From Auanema rhodensis (taxonomy: Eukaryota; Animalia; Nematoda), in the NCBI GenBank assembly GCA_964057225.1, contig OZ059899.1, forward strand, positions 10,354,001 through 10,418,000: DNA of 64,000 bases, given 5' to 3'. Of the stretch, positions 12,145 through 26,200 are shown piece by piece. The notes beneath the pieces were generated by a model. It was not told the DNA's origin. It made no database searches and was given only the letters and a program-made list of their open reading frames with translations. Both the position numbers and the translations under genes were made by a program. How positions within the stretch are numbered: the first letter of the stretch is position 1; every line of letters starts with the position of its first letter.

Positions 12145-15100
12145 TTACATAAAACTCTCGTTTGATATAAAAAAAGAAGAGGAATAACGTTTCCAGGATG
12201 TCAATGATATCGAATCTAGTGATATTGTAGAAAAATGTAATGTCAGCTCCATAGGTTTTCTCTTAATTTCTCTCATCACAATTGTCTTAGTTTTTTTTCT
12301 CATAAGAGTTTCTGAAATCTTAGGTGAACAAGGCCGTATATATTTTTTTCTGGAATTCGAAAGCATTTGGGATGGAAATTAGAAAGAAAAGAACTAGTTT
12401 TTCCTACTTTAAAACAAACAATAAGAAATAAAATAAAAAAGATTGTTAGATATCCAATTTAAACTTATACATTTACTTCGATAAAGAGCCTATTAGTTTG
12501 AAATTTTATGTCTTACAGTTCTCCAACAGAACAGACTGATCCTGATTTCTCTATGATTACATAAAACTCTCGTTTGATATAAAAAAAGAAGAGGAATAAC
12601 GTTTCCAGGATGTCAATGATATCGAATCTAGTGATATTGTAGAAAAATGTAATGTCAGCTCCATAGGTTTTCTCTTAATTTCTCTCATCACAATTGTCTT
12701 AGTTTTTTTTCTCATAAGAGTTTCTGAAATCTTAGGTGAACAAGGCCGTATATATTTTTTTCTGGAATTCGAAAACATTTGGGATGGAAATTAGAAGGAA
12801 AAGAACTAGTTTTTCCTACTTTAAAACAAACAATAAGAAATAAAATAAAAAAGATTGTTAGATATCCAATTTAAACTTATACATTTACTTTGATAAAGAG
12901 CCTATTAGTTTGAAATTTTATGTATTACAGTTCTCCAACAGAACAGACTGATCCTGATTTCTCTATGATTACATAAAACTCTCGTTTGATATAAAAAAGA
13001 AGAGGAATAAAGTTTCCAGGATGTCAATGATATCGAATCTAGTGATATTGTAGAAAAATGTAATGTCAGCTCCATAGGTTTTCTCTTAATTTCTCTCATC
13101 ACAATTATCTTAGTTTTTTTTCTCATAAGAGTTTCTGAAATCTTAGGTGAACAAGGCCGTATATATTTTTTTCTGGAATTCGAAAGCATTTGGGATGGAA
13201 ATTAGAAAGAAAAGAACTAGTTTTTCCTATTTTAAAACAAACAAAAAAAAATAAAATGAAAAAGATTGTTAGATATCCAATTTAAACTTATACATTTACT
13301 TCGATAAAGAGCCTATTAGTTTGAAATTTTATGTCTTACAGTTCTCCAACAGAACAGACTGATCCTGATTTCTCTATGATTACATAAAACTCTCGTTTGA
13401 TATAAAAAAAGAAGAGGAATAACGTTTCCAGGATGTCAATGATATCGAATCTAGTGATATTGTAAAAAAATGTAATGTCAGCTCCATAGGTTCTCTCTTA
13501 ATTTCTCTCATCACAATTGTCTTAGTTTTTTTTCTCATAAGAGTTTCTGAAATCTTAGGTGAACAAGGCCGTATATATTTTTTTCTGGAATTCGAAAGCA
13601 TTTGGGATGGAAATTAGAAAGAAAAGAACTAGTTTTTCCTACTTTAAAACAAACAATAAGAAATAAAATGAAAAAGATTGTTAGATATCCAATTTAAACT
13701 TATACATTTACTTCGATAAAGAGCCTATTAGTTTGAAATTTTATGTCTTACAGTTCTCCAACAGAACAGACTGATCCTGATTTCTCTATGATTATATAAA
13801 ACTCTCGTTTGATATAAAAAAAGAAGAGGAAGAACGTTTCCAGGATGTCAATAATATCGAATCTAGTGATATTGTAGAAAAATGTAATGTCAGCTCCATA
13901 GGTTTTCTCTTAATTTCTCTCATCACAATTGTCTTAGTTTTTTTTCTCATAAGAGTTTCTGAAATCTTAGGTGAACAAGGCCGTATATATTTTTTTCTGG
14001 AATTCGAAAGCATTTGGGATGGAAATTAGAAAGAAAAAAACTAGTTTTTCCTACTTTAAAACAAACAATAAGAAATAAAATAAAAAAGATTGTTAGATAT
14101 CCAATTTAAACTTATACATTTACTTCGATAAAGAGCCTATTAGTTTGAAATTTTATGTCTTACAGTTCTCCAACAGAACAGACTGATCCTGATTTCTCTA
14201 TGATTACATAAAACTCTCGTTTGATATAAAAAAAGAAGAGGAATAACGTTTCCAGGATGTCAATGATATCGAATCTAGTGATATTGTAGAAAAATGTAAT
14301 GTCAGCTCCATAGGTTTTCTCTTAATTTCTCTCATCACAATTGTCTTAGTTTTTTTTCTCATAAGAGTTTCTGAAATCTTAGGTGAACAAGGCCGTATAT
14401 ATTTTTTTCTGGAATTCGAAAGCATTTGGGATGGAAATTAGAAAGAAAAGAACTAGTTTTTCCTACTTTAAAACAAACAATAAGAAATAAAATAAAAAAG
14501 ATTGTTAGATATCCAATTTAAACTTATACATTTACTTCGATAAAGAGCCTATTAGTTTGAAATTTTATGTCTTACAGTTCTCCAACAGAACAGACTGATC
14601 CTGATTTCTCTATGATTACATAAAACTCTCGTTTGATATAAAAAAAGAAGAGGAATAACGTTTCCAGGATGTCAATGATATCGAATCTAGTGATATTGTA
14701 GAAAAATGTAATGTCAGCTCCATAGGTTTTCTCTTAATTTCTCTCATCACAATTGTCTTAGTTTTTTTTCTCATAAGAGTTTCTGAAATCTTAGGTGAAC
14801 AAGGCCGTATATATTTTTTTCTGGAATTCGAAAACATTTGGGATGGAAATTAGAAGGAAAAGAACTAGTTTTTCCTACTTTAAAACAAACAATAAGAAAT
14901 AAAATAAAAAAGATTGTTAGATATCCAATTTAAACTTATACATTTACTTTGATAAAGAGCCTATTAGTTTGAAATTTTATGTATTACAGTTCTCCAACAG
15001 AACAGACTGATCCTGATTTCTCTATGATTACATAAAACTCTCGTTTGATATAAAAAAGAAGAGGAATAAAGTTTCCAGGATGTCAATGATATCGAATCTA

Positions 15101-16260
15101 GTGATATTGTAGAAAAATGTAATGTCAGCTCCATAGGTTTTCTCTTAATTTCTCTCATCACAATTATCTTAGTTTTTTTTCTCATAAGAGTTTCTGAAAT
15201 CTTAGGTGAACAAGGCCGTATATATTTTTTTCTGGAATTCGAAAGCATTTGGGATGGAAATTAGAAAGAAAAGAACTAGTTTTTCCTATTTTAAAACAAA
15301 CAAAAAAAAATAAAATGAAAAAGATTGTTAGATATCCAATTTAAACTTATACATTTACTTCGATAAAGAGCCTATTAGTTTGAAATTTTATGTCTTACAG
15401 TTCTCCAACAGAACAGACTGATCCTGATTTCTCTATGATTACATAAAACTCTCGTTTGATATAAAAAAAGAAGAGGAATAACGTTTCCAGGATGTCAATG
15501 ATATCGAATCTAGTGATATTGTAAAAAAATGTAATGTCAGCTCCATAGGTTCTCTCTTAATTTCTCTCATCACAATTGTCTTAGTTTTTTTTCTCATAAG
15601 AGTTTCTGAAATCTTAGGTGAACAAGGCCGTATATATTTTTTTCTGGAATTCGAAAGCATTTGGGATGGAAATTAGAAAGAAAAGAACTAGTTTTTCCTA
15701 CTTTAAAACAAACAATAAGAAATAAAATGAAAAAGATTGTTAGATATCCAATTTAAACTTATACATTTACTTCGATAAAGAGCCTATTAGTTTGAAATTT
15801 TATGTCTTACAGTTCTCCAACAGAACAGACTGATCCTGATTTCTCTATGATTATATAAAACTCTCGTTTGATATAAAAAAAGAAGAGGAAGAACGTTTCC
15901 AGGATGTCAATAATATCGAATCTAGTGATATTGTAGAAAAATGTAATGTCAGCTCCATAGGTTTTCTCTTAATTTCTCTCATCACAATTGTCTTAGTTTT
16001 TTTTCTCATAAGAGTTTCTGAAATCTTAGGTGAACAAGGCCGTATATATTTTTTTCTGGAATTCGAAAGCATTTGGGATGGAAATTAGAAAGAAAAAAAC
16101 TAGTTTTTCCTACTTTAAAACAAACAATAAGAAATAAAATAAAAAAGATTGTTAGATATCCAATTTAAACTTATACATTTACTTCGATAAAGAGCCTATT
16201 AGTTTGAAATTTTATGTCTTACAGTTCTCCAACAGAACAGACTGATCCTGATTTCTCTAT
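12145..16260. repeat. Tandem 5-mer higher-order repeat (2 x 2059 bp; boundaries approximate)
   Basis: The variant order in ORFs 12145/12557/12905/13380/13792 recurs at +2059 (14204/14616/14964/15439/15851), including the private ACAATTATC variant. Confidence 0.88.
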
Positions 16261-16262
16261 GA

Positions 16263-19200
16263 TTACATAAAACTCTCGTTTGATATAAAAAAAGAAGAGG
16301 AATAACGTTTCCAGGATGTCAATGATATCGAATCTAGTGATATTGTAGAAAAATGTAATGTCAGCTCCATAGGTTTTCTCTTAATTTCTCTCATCACAAT
16401 TGTCTTAGTTTTTTTTCTCATAAGAGTTCCTGAAATCTTAGGTGAACAAGGCCGTATATATTTTTTTCTGGAATTCGAAAACATTTGGGATGGAAATTAG
16501 AAGGAAAAGAACTAGTTTTTCCTACTTTAAAACAAACAATAAGAAATAAAATAAAAAAGATTGTTAGATATTCAATTTAAACTTATACATTTACTTTGAT
16601 AAAGAGCCTATTAGTTTGAAATTTTATGTCTTACAGTTCTCCAACAGAACAGACTGATCCTGATTTCTCTATGATTACATAAAACTCTCGTTTGATATAA
16701 AAAAAGAAGAGGAATAACGTTTCCAGGATGTCAATGATATCGAATCTAGTGATATTGTAGAAAAATGTAATGTCAGCTCCATAGGTTTTCTCTTAATTTC
16801 TCTCATCACAATTGTCTTAGTTTTTTTTCTCAAAAGAGTTTCTGAAATCTTAGGTGAACAAGGCCGTATATATTTTTTTCTGGAATTCGAAAGCATTTGG
16901 GATGGAAATTGGAAAGAAAAGAACTAGTTTTTCCTACTTTAAAACAAACAATGAGAAATAAAAAAAAAAGATTGTTAGATATCCAATTTAAACTTATACA
17001 TTTACTTCGATAAAGAGCCTATTAGTTTGAAATTTTATGTCTTACAGTTCTCCAACAGAACAGACTGATCCTGATTTCTCTATGATTACATAAAACTCTC
17101 GTTTGATATAAAAAAAGAAGAGGAATAACGTTTCCAGGATGTCAATGATATCGAATCTAGTGATATTGTAGAAAAATGTAATGTCAGCTCCATAGGTTTT
17201 CTCTTAATTTCTCTCATCACAATTGTCTTAGTTTTTTTTCTCATAAGAGTTTCTGAAATCTTAGGTGAACAAGGCCGTATATATTTTTTTCTGGAATTCG
17301 AAAGCATTTGGGATGGAAATTATAAAGAAAAGAACTAGTTTTTCCTATTTTAAAACAAACAAAAAAAAATAAAATGAAAAAGATTGTTAGATATCCAATT
17401 TAAACTTATACATTTACTTTGATAAAGAGCCTATTAGTTTGAAATTTTATGTCTTACAGTTCTCCAACAGAACAGACTGATCCTGATTTCTCTATGATTA
17501 CATAAAACTCTCGTTTGATATAAAAAAAGAAGAGGAATAACGTTTCCAGGATGTCAATGATATCGAATCTAGTGATATTGTAGAAAAATGTAATGTCAGC
17601 TCCATAGGTTTTCTCTTAATTTCTCTCATCACAATTGTCTTAGTTTTTTTTCTCATAAGAGTTTCTGAAATCTTAGGTGAACAAGGCCGTATATATTTTT
17701 TTCTGGAATTCGAAAGCATTTGGGATGGAAATTAGAAAGAAAAGAACTAGTTTTTCCTACTTTAAAACAAACAATAAGAAATAAAATGAAAAAGATTGTT
17801 AGATATCCAATTTAAACTTATACATTTACTTCGATAAAGAGCCTATTAGTTTGAAATTTTATGTCTTACAGTTCTCCAACAGAACAGACTGATCCTGATT
17901 TCTCTATGATTATATAAAACTCTCGTTTGATATAAAAAAAGAAGAGGAAGAACGTTTCCAGGATGTCAATAATATCGAATCTAGTGATATTGTAGAAAAA
18001 TGTAATGTCAGCTCCATAGGTTTTCTCTTAATTTCTCTCATCACAATTGTCTTAGTTTTTTTTCTCATAAGAGTTTCTGAAATCTTAGGTGAACAAGGCC
18101 GTATATATTTTTTTCTGGAATTCGAAAGCATTTGGGATGGAAATTAGAAAGAAAAAAACTAGTTTTTCCTACTTTAAAACAAACAATAAGAAATAAAATA
18201 AAAAAGATTGTTAGATATCCAATTTAAACTTATACATTTACTTCGATAAAGAGCCTATTAGTTTGAAATTTTATGTCTTACAGTTCTCCAACAGAACAGA
18301 CTGATCCTGATTTCTCTATGATTATATAAAACTCTCGTTTGATATAAAAAAAGAAGAGGAAGAACGTTTCCAGGATGTCAATAATATCGAATCTAGTGAT
18401 ATTGTAGAAAAATGTAATGTCAGCTCCATAGGTTTTCTCTTAATTTCTCTCATCACAATTGTCTTAGTTTTTTTTCTCATAAGAGTTCCTGAAATCTTAG
18501 GTGAACAAGGCCGTATATATTTTTTTCTGGAATTCGAAAACATTTGGGATGGAAATTAGAAGGAAAAGAACTAGTTTTTCCTACTTTAAAACAAACAATA
18601 AGAAATAAAATAAAAAAGATTGTTAGATATTCAATTTAAACTTATACATTTACTTTGATAAAGAGCCTATTAGTTTGAAATTTTATGTCTTACAGTTCTC
18701 CAACAGAACAGACTGATCCTGATTTCTCTATGATTACATAAAACTCTCGTTTGATATAAAAAAAGAAGAGGAATAACGTTTCCAGGATGTCAATGATATC
18801 GAATCTAGTGATATTGTAGAAAAATGTAATGTCAGCTCCATAGGTTTTCTCTTAATTTCTCTCATCACAATTGTCTTAGTTTTTTTTCTCAAAAGAGTTT
18901 CTGAAATCTTAGGTGAACAAGGCCGTATATATTTTTTTCTGGAATTCGAAAGCATTTGGGATGGAAATTGGAAAGAAAAGAACTAGTTTTTCCTACTTTA
19001 AAACAAACAATGAGAAATAAAAAAAAAAGATTGTTAGATATCCAATTTAAACTTATACATTTACTTCGATAAAGAGCCTATTAGTTTGAAGTTTTATGTC
19101 TTACAGTTCTCCAACAGAACAGACTGATCCTGATTTCTCTATGATTACATAAAGCTCTCGTTTGATATAAAAAAAGAAGAGGAATAACGTTTCCAGGATG

Positions 19201-22200
19201 TCAATGATATCGAATCTAGTGATATTGTAGAAAAATGTAATGTCAGCTCCATAGGTTTTCTCTTAATTTCTCTCATCACAATTGTCTTAGTTTTTTTTCT
19301 CATAAGAGTTTCTGAAATCTTAGGTGAACAAGGCCGTATATATTTTTTTCTGGAATTCGAAAGCATTTGGGATGGAAATTATAAAGAAAAGAACTAGTTT
19401 TTCCTATTTTAAAACAAACAAAAAAAAATAAAATGAAAAAGATTGTTAGATATCCAATTTAAACTTATACATTTACTTTGATAAAGAGCCTATTAGTTTG
19501 AAATTTTATGTCTTACAGTTCTCCAACAGAACAGACTGATCCTGATTTCTCTATGATTACATAAAACTCTCGTTTGATATAAAAAAAGAAGAGGAATAAC
19601 GTTTCCAGGATGTCAATGATATCGAATCTAGTGATATTGTAGAAAAATGTAATGTCAGCTCCATAGGTTTTCTCTTAATTTCTCTCATCACAATTGTCTT
19701 AGTTTTTTTTCTCATAAGAGTTCCTGAAATCTTAGGTGAACAAGGCCGTATATATTTTTTTCTGGAATTCGAAAACATTTGGGATGGAAATTAGAAGGAA
19801 AAGAACTAGTTTTTCCTACTTTAAAACAAACAATAAGAAATAAAATAAAAAAGATTGTTAGATATTCAATTTAAACTTATACATTTACTTCGATAAAGAG
19901 CCTATTAGTTTGAAGTTTTATGTCTTACAGTTCTCCAACAGAACAGACTGATCCTGATTTCTCTATGATTACATAAAACTCTCGTTTGATATAAAAAAAG
20001 AAGAGGAATAACGTTTCCAGGATGTCAATGATATCGAATCTAGTGATATTGTAGAAAAATGTAATGTCAGCTCCATAGGTTTTCTCTTAATTTCTCTCAT
20101 CACAATTGTCTTAGTTTTTTTTCTCATAAGAGTTCCTGAAATCTTAGGTGAACAAGGCCGTATATATTTTTTTCTGGAATTCGAAAACATTTGGGATGGA
20201 AATTAGAAGGAAAAGAACTAGTTTTTCCTACTTTAAAACAAACAATAAGAAATAAAATAAAAAAGATTGTTAGATATTCAATTTAAACTTATACATTTAC
20301 TTTGATAAAGAGCCTATTAGTTTGAAATTTTATGTCTTACAGTTCTCCAACAGAACAGACTGATCCTGATTTCTCTATGATTACATAAAACTCTCGTTTG
20401 ATATAAAAAAAGAAGAGGAATAACGTTTCCAGGATGTCAATGATATCGAATCTAGTGATATTGTAGAAAAATGTAATGTCAGCTCCATAGGTTTTCTCTT
20501 AATTTCTCTCATCACAATTGTCTTAGTTTTTTTTCTCAAAAGAGTTTCTGAAATCTTAGGTGAACAAGGCCGTATATATTTTTTTCTGGAATTCGAAAGC
20601 ATTTGGGATGGAAATTGGAAAGAAAAGAACTAGTTTTTCCTACTTTAAAACAAACAATGAGAAATAAAAAAAAAAGATTGTTAGATATCCAATTTAAACT
20701 TATACATTTACTTCGATAAAGAGCCTATTAGTTTGAAATTTTATGTCTTACAGTTCTCCAACAGAACAGACTGATCCTGATTTCTCTATGATTACATAAA
20801 ACTCTCGTTTGATATAAAAAAAGAAGAGGAATAACGTTTCCAGGATGTCAATGATATCGAATCTAGTGATATTGTAGAAAAATGTAATGTCAGCTCCATA
20901 GGTTTTCTCTTAATTTCTCTCATCACAATTGTCTTAGTTTTTTTTCTCATAAGAGTTTCTGAAATCTTAGGTGAACAAGGCCGTATATATTTTTTTCTGG
21001 AATTCGAAAGCATTTGGGATGGAAATTATAAAGAAAAGAACTAGTTTTTCCTATTTTAAAACAAACAAAAAAAAATAAAATGAAAAAGATTGTTAGATAT
21101 CCAATTTAAACTTATACATTTACTTTGATAAAGAGCCTATTAGTTTGAAATTTTATGTCTTACAGTTCTCCAACAGAACAGACTGATCCTGATTTCTCTA
21201 TGATTACATAAAACTCTCGTTTGATATAAAAAAAGAAGAGGAATAACGTTTCCAGGATGTCAATGATATCGAATCTAGTGATATTGTAGAAAAATGTAAT
21301 GTCAGCTCCATAGGTTTTCTCTTAATTTCTCTCATCACAATTGTCTTAGTTTTTTTTCTCATAAGAGTTTCTGAAATCTTAGGTGAACAAGGCCGTATAT
21401 ATTTTTTTCTGGAATTCGAAAGCATTTGGGATGGAAATTAGAAAGAAAAGAACTAGTTTTTCCTACTTTAAAACAAACAATAAGAAATAAAATGAAAAAG
21501 ATTGTTAGATATCCAATTTAAACTTATACATTTACTTCGATAAAGAGCCTATTAGTTTGAAATTTTATGTCTTACAGTTCTCCAACAGAACAGACTGATC
21601 CTGATTTCTCTATGATTATATAAAACTCTCGTTTGATATAAAAAAAGAAGAGGAAGAACGTTTCCAGGATGTCAATAATATCGAATCTAGTGATATTGTA
21701 GAAAAATGTAATGTCAGCTCCATAGGTTTTCTCTTAATTTCTCTCATCACAATTGTCTTAGTTTTTTTTCTCATAAGAGTTTCTGAAATCTTAGGTGAAC
21801 AAGGCCGTATATATTTTTTTCTGGAATTCGAAAGCATTTGGGATGGAAATTAGAAAGAAAAAAACTAGTTTTTCCTACTTTAAAACAAACAATAAGAAAT
21901 AAAATAAAAAAGATTGTTAGATATCCAATTTAAACTTATACATTTACTTCGATAAAGAGCCTATTAGTTTGAAATTTTATGTCTTACAGTTCTCCAACAG
22001 AACAGACTGATCCTGATTTCTCTATGATTATATAAAACTCTCGTTTGATATAAAAAAAGAAGAGGAAGAACGTTTCCAGGATGTCAATAATATCGAATCT
22101 AGTGATATTGTAGAAAAATGTAATGTCAGCTCCATAGGTTTTCTCTTAATTTCTCTCATCACAATTGTCTTAGTTTTTTTTCTCATAAGAGTTCCTGAAA

Positions 22201-23260
22201 TCTTAGGTGAACAAGGCCGTATATATTTTTTTCTGGAATTCGAAAACATTTGGGATGGAAATTAGAAGGAAAAGAACTAGTTTTTCCTACTTTAAAACAA
22301 ACAATAAGAAATAAAATAAAAAAGATTGTTAGATATTCAATTTAAACTTATACATTTACTTTGATAAAGAGCCTATTAGTTTGAAATTTTATGTCTTACA
22401 GTTCTCCAACAGAACAGACTGATCCTGATTTCTCTATGATTACATAAAACTCTCGTTTGATATAAAAAAAGAAGAGGAATAACGTTTCCAGGATGTCAAT
22501 GATATCGAATCTAGTGATATTGTAGAAAAATGTAATGTCAGCTCCATAGGTTTTCTCTTAATTTCTCTCATCACAATTGTCTTAGTTTTTTTTCTCAAAA
22601 GAGTTTCTGAAATCTTAGGTGAACAAGGCCGTATATATTTTTTTCTGGAATTCGAAAGCATTTGGGATGGAAATTGGAAAGAAAAGAACTAGTTTTTCCT
22701 ACTTTAAAACAAACAATGAGAAATAAAAAAAAAAGATTGTTAGATATCCAATTTAAACTTATACATTTACTTCGATAAAGAGCCTATTAGTTTGAAGTTT
22801 TATGTCTTACAGTTCTCCAACAGAACAGACTGATCCTGATTTCTCTATGATTACATAAAACTCTCGTTTGATATAAAAAAAGAAGAGGAATAACGTTTCC
22901 AGGATGTCAATGATATCGAATCTAGTGATATTGTAGAAAAATGTAATGTCAGCTCCATAGGTTTTCTCTTAATTTCTCTCATCACAATTGTCTTAGTTTT
23001 TTTTCTCATAAGAGTTTCTGAAATCTTAGGTGAACAAGGCCGTATATATTTTTTTCTGGAATTCGAAAGCATTTGGGATGGAAATTATAAAGAAAAGAAC
23101 TAGTTTTTCCTATTTTAAAACAAACAAAAAAAAATAAAATGAAAAAGATTGTTAGATATCCAATTTAAACTTATACATTTACTTTGATAAAGAGCCTATT
23201 AGTTTGAAATTTTATGTCTTACAGTTCTCCAACAGAACAGACTGATCCTGATTTCTCTAT
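16263..23260. repeat. 9-mer higher-order duplication (offset 3706 bp; boundaries approximate)
   Basis: Variant monomers at 16263, 16675, 17910, 18322 and 18734 recur at 19969, 20381, 21616, 22028 and 22440. Confidence 0.85.
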
Positions 23261-26200
23261 GATTACATAAAACTCTCGTTTGATATAAAAAAAGAAGAGG
23301 AATAACGTTTCCAGGATGTCAATGATATCGAATCTAGTGATATTGTAAAAAAATGTAATGTCAGCTCCATAGGTTTTCTCTTAATTTCTCTCATCACAAT
23401 TGTCTTAGTTTTTTTTCTCATAAGAGTTCCTGAAATCTTAGGTGAACAAGGCCGTATATATTTTTTTCTGGAATTCGAAAGCATTTGGGATGGAAATTGG
23501 AAAGAAAAGAACTAGTTTTTCCTACTTTAAAACAAACAATGAGAAATAAAAAAAAAAGATTGTTAGATATCCAATTTAAACTTATACATTTACTTCGATA
23601 AAGAGCCTATTAGTTTGAAGTTTTATGTCTTACAGTTCTCCAACAGAACAGACTGATCCTGATTTCTCTATGATTACATAAAACTCTCGTTTGATATAAA
23701 AAAAGAAGAGGAATAACGTTTCCAGGATGTCAATGATATCGAATCTAGTGATATTGTAGAAAAATGTAATGTCAGCTCCATAGGTTTTCTCTTAATTTCT
23801 CTCATCACAATTGTCTTAGTTTTTTTTCTCATAAGAGTTTCTGAAATCTTAGGTGAACAAGGCCGTATATATTTTTTTCTGGAATTCGAAAGCATTTGGG
23901 ATGGAAATTATAAAGAAAAGAACTAGTTTTTCCTATTTTAAAACAAACAAAAAAAAATAAAATGAAAAAGATTGTTAGATATCCAATTTAAACTTATACA
24001 TTTACTTTGATAAAGAGCCTATTAGTTTGAAATTTTATGTCTTACAGTTCTCCAACAGAACAGACTGATCCTGATTTCTCTATGATTACATAAAACTCTC
24101 GTTTGATATAAAAAAAGAAGAGGAATAACGTTTCCAGGATGTCAATGATATCGAATCTAGTGATATTGTAAAAAAATGTAATGTCAGCTCCATAGGTTTT
24201 CTCTTAATTTCTCTCATCACAATTGTCTTAGTTTTTTTTCTCATAAGAGTTTCTGAAATCTTAGGTGAACAAGGCCGTATATATTTTTTTCTGGAATTCG
24301 AAAGCATTTGGGATGGAAATTAGAAAGAAAAGAACTAGTTTTTCCTACTTTAAAACAAACAATAAGAAATAAAATGAAAAAGATTGTTAGATATCCAATT
24401 TAAACTTATACATTTACTTCGATAAAGAGCCTATTAGTTTGAAATTTTATGTCTTACAGTTCTCCAACAGAACAGACTGATCCTGATTTCTCTATGATTA
24501 TATAAAACTCTCGTTTGATATAAAAAAAGAAGAGGAAGAACGTTTCCAGGATGTCAATAATATCGAATCTAGTGATATTGTAGAAAAATGTAATGTCAGC
24601 TCCATAGGTTTTCTCTTAATTTCTCTCATCACAATTGTCTTAGTTTTTTTTCTCATAAGAGTTTCTGAAATCTTAGGTGAACAAGGCCGTATATATTTTT
24701 TTCTGGAATTCGAAAGCATTTGGGATGGAAATTAGAAAGAAAAAAACTAGTTTTTCCTACTTTAAAACAAACAATAAGAAATAAAATAAAAAAGATTGTT
24801 AGATATCCAATTTAAACTTATACATTTACTTCGATAAAGAGCCTATTAGTTTGAAATTTTATGTCTTACAGTTCTCCAACAGAACAGACTGATCCTGATT
24901 TCTCTATGATTACATAAAACTCTCGTTTGATATAAAAAAAGAAGAGGAATAACGTTTCCAGGATGTCAATGATATCGAATCTAGTGATATTGTAGAAAAA
25001 TGTAATGTCAGCTCCATAGGTTTTCTCTTAATTTCTCTCATCACAATTGTCTTAGTTTTTTTTCTCATAAGAGTTCCTGAAATCTTAGGTGAACAAGGCC
25101 GTATATATTTTTTTCTGGAATTCGAAAACATTTGGGATGGAAATTAGAAGGAAAAGAACTAGTTTTTCCTACTTTAAAACAAACAATAAGAAATAAAATA
25201 AAAAAGATTGTTAGATATTCAATTTAAACTTATACATTTACTTTGATAAAGAGCCTATTAGTTTGAAATTTTATGTCTTACAGTTCTCCAACAGAACAGA
25301 CTGATCCTGATTTCTCTATGATTACATAAAACTCTCGTTTGATATAAAAAAAGAAGAGGAATAACGTTTCCAGGATGTCAATGATATCGAATCTAGTGAT
25401 ATTGTAGAAAAATGTAATGTCAGCTCCATAGGTTTTCTCTTAATTTCTCTCATCACAATTGTCTTAGTTTTTTTTCTCATAAGAGTTCCTGAAATCTTAG
25501 GTGAACAAGGCCGTATATATTTTTTTCTGGAATTCGAAAGCATTTGGGATGGAAATTAGAAAGAAAAAAACTAGTTTTTCCTACTTTAAAACAAACAATA
25601 AGAAATAAAATAAAAAAGATTGTTAGATATCCAATTTAAACTTATACATTTACTTCGATAAAGAGCCTATTAGTTTGAAATTTTATGTCTTACAGTTCTC
25701 CAACAGAACAGACTGATCCTGATTTCTCTATGATTACATAAAACTCTCGTTTGATATAAAAAAAGAAGAGGAATAACGTTTCCAGGATGTCAATGATATC
25801 GAATCTAGTGATATTGTAGAAAAATGTAATGTCAGCTCCATAGGTTTTCTCTTAATTTCTCTCATCACAATTGTCTTAGTTTTTTTTCTCATAAGAGTTC
25901 CTGAAATCTTAGGTGAACAAGGCCGTATATATTTTTTTCTGGAATTCGAAAACATTTGGGATGGAAATTAGAAGGAAAAGAACTAGTTTTTCCTACTTTA
26001 AAACAAACAATAAGAAATAAAATAAAAAAGATTGTTAGATATTCAATTTAAACTTATACATTTACTTTGATAAAGAGCCTATTAGTTTGAAATTTTATGT
26101 CTTACAGTTCTCCAACAGAACAGACTGATCCTGATTTCTCTATGATTACATAAAACTCTCGTTTGATATAAAAAAAGAAGAGGAATAACGTTTCCAGGAT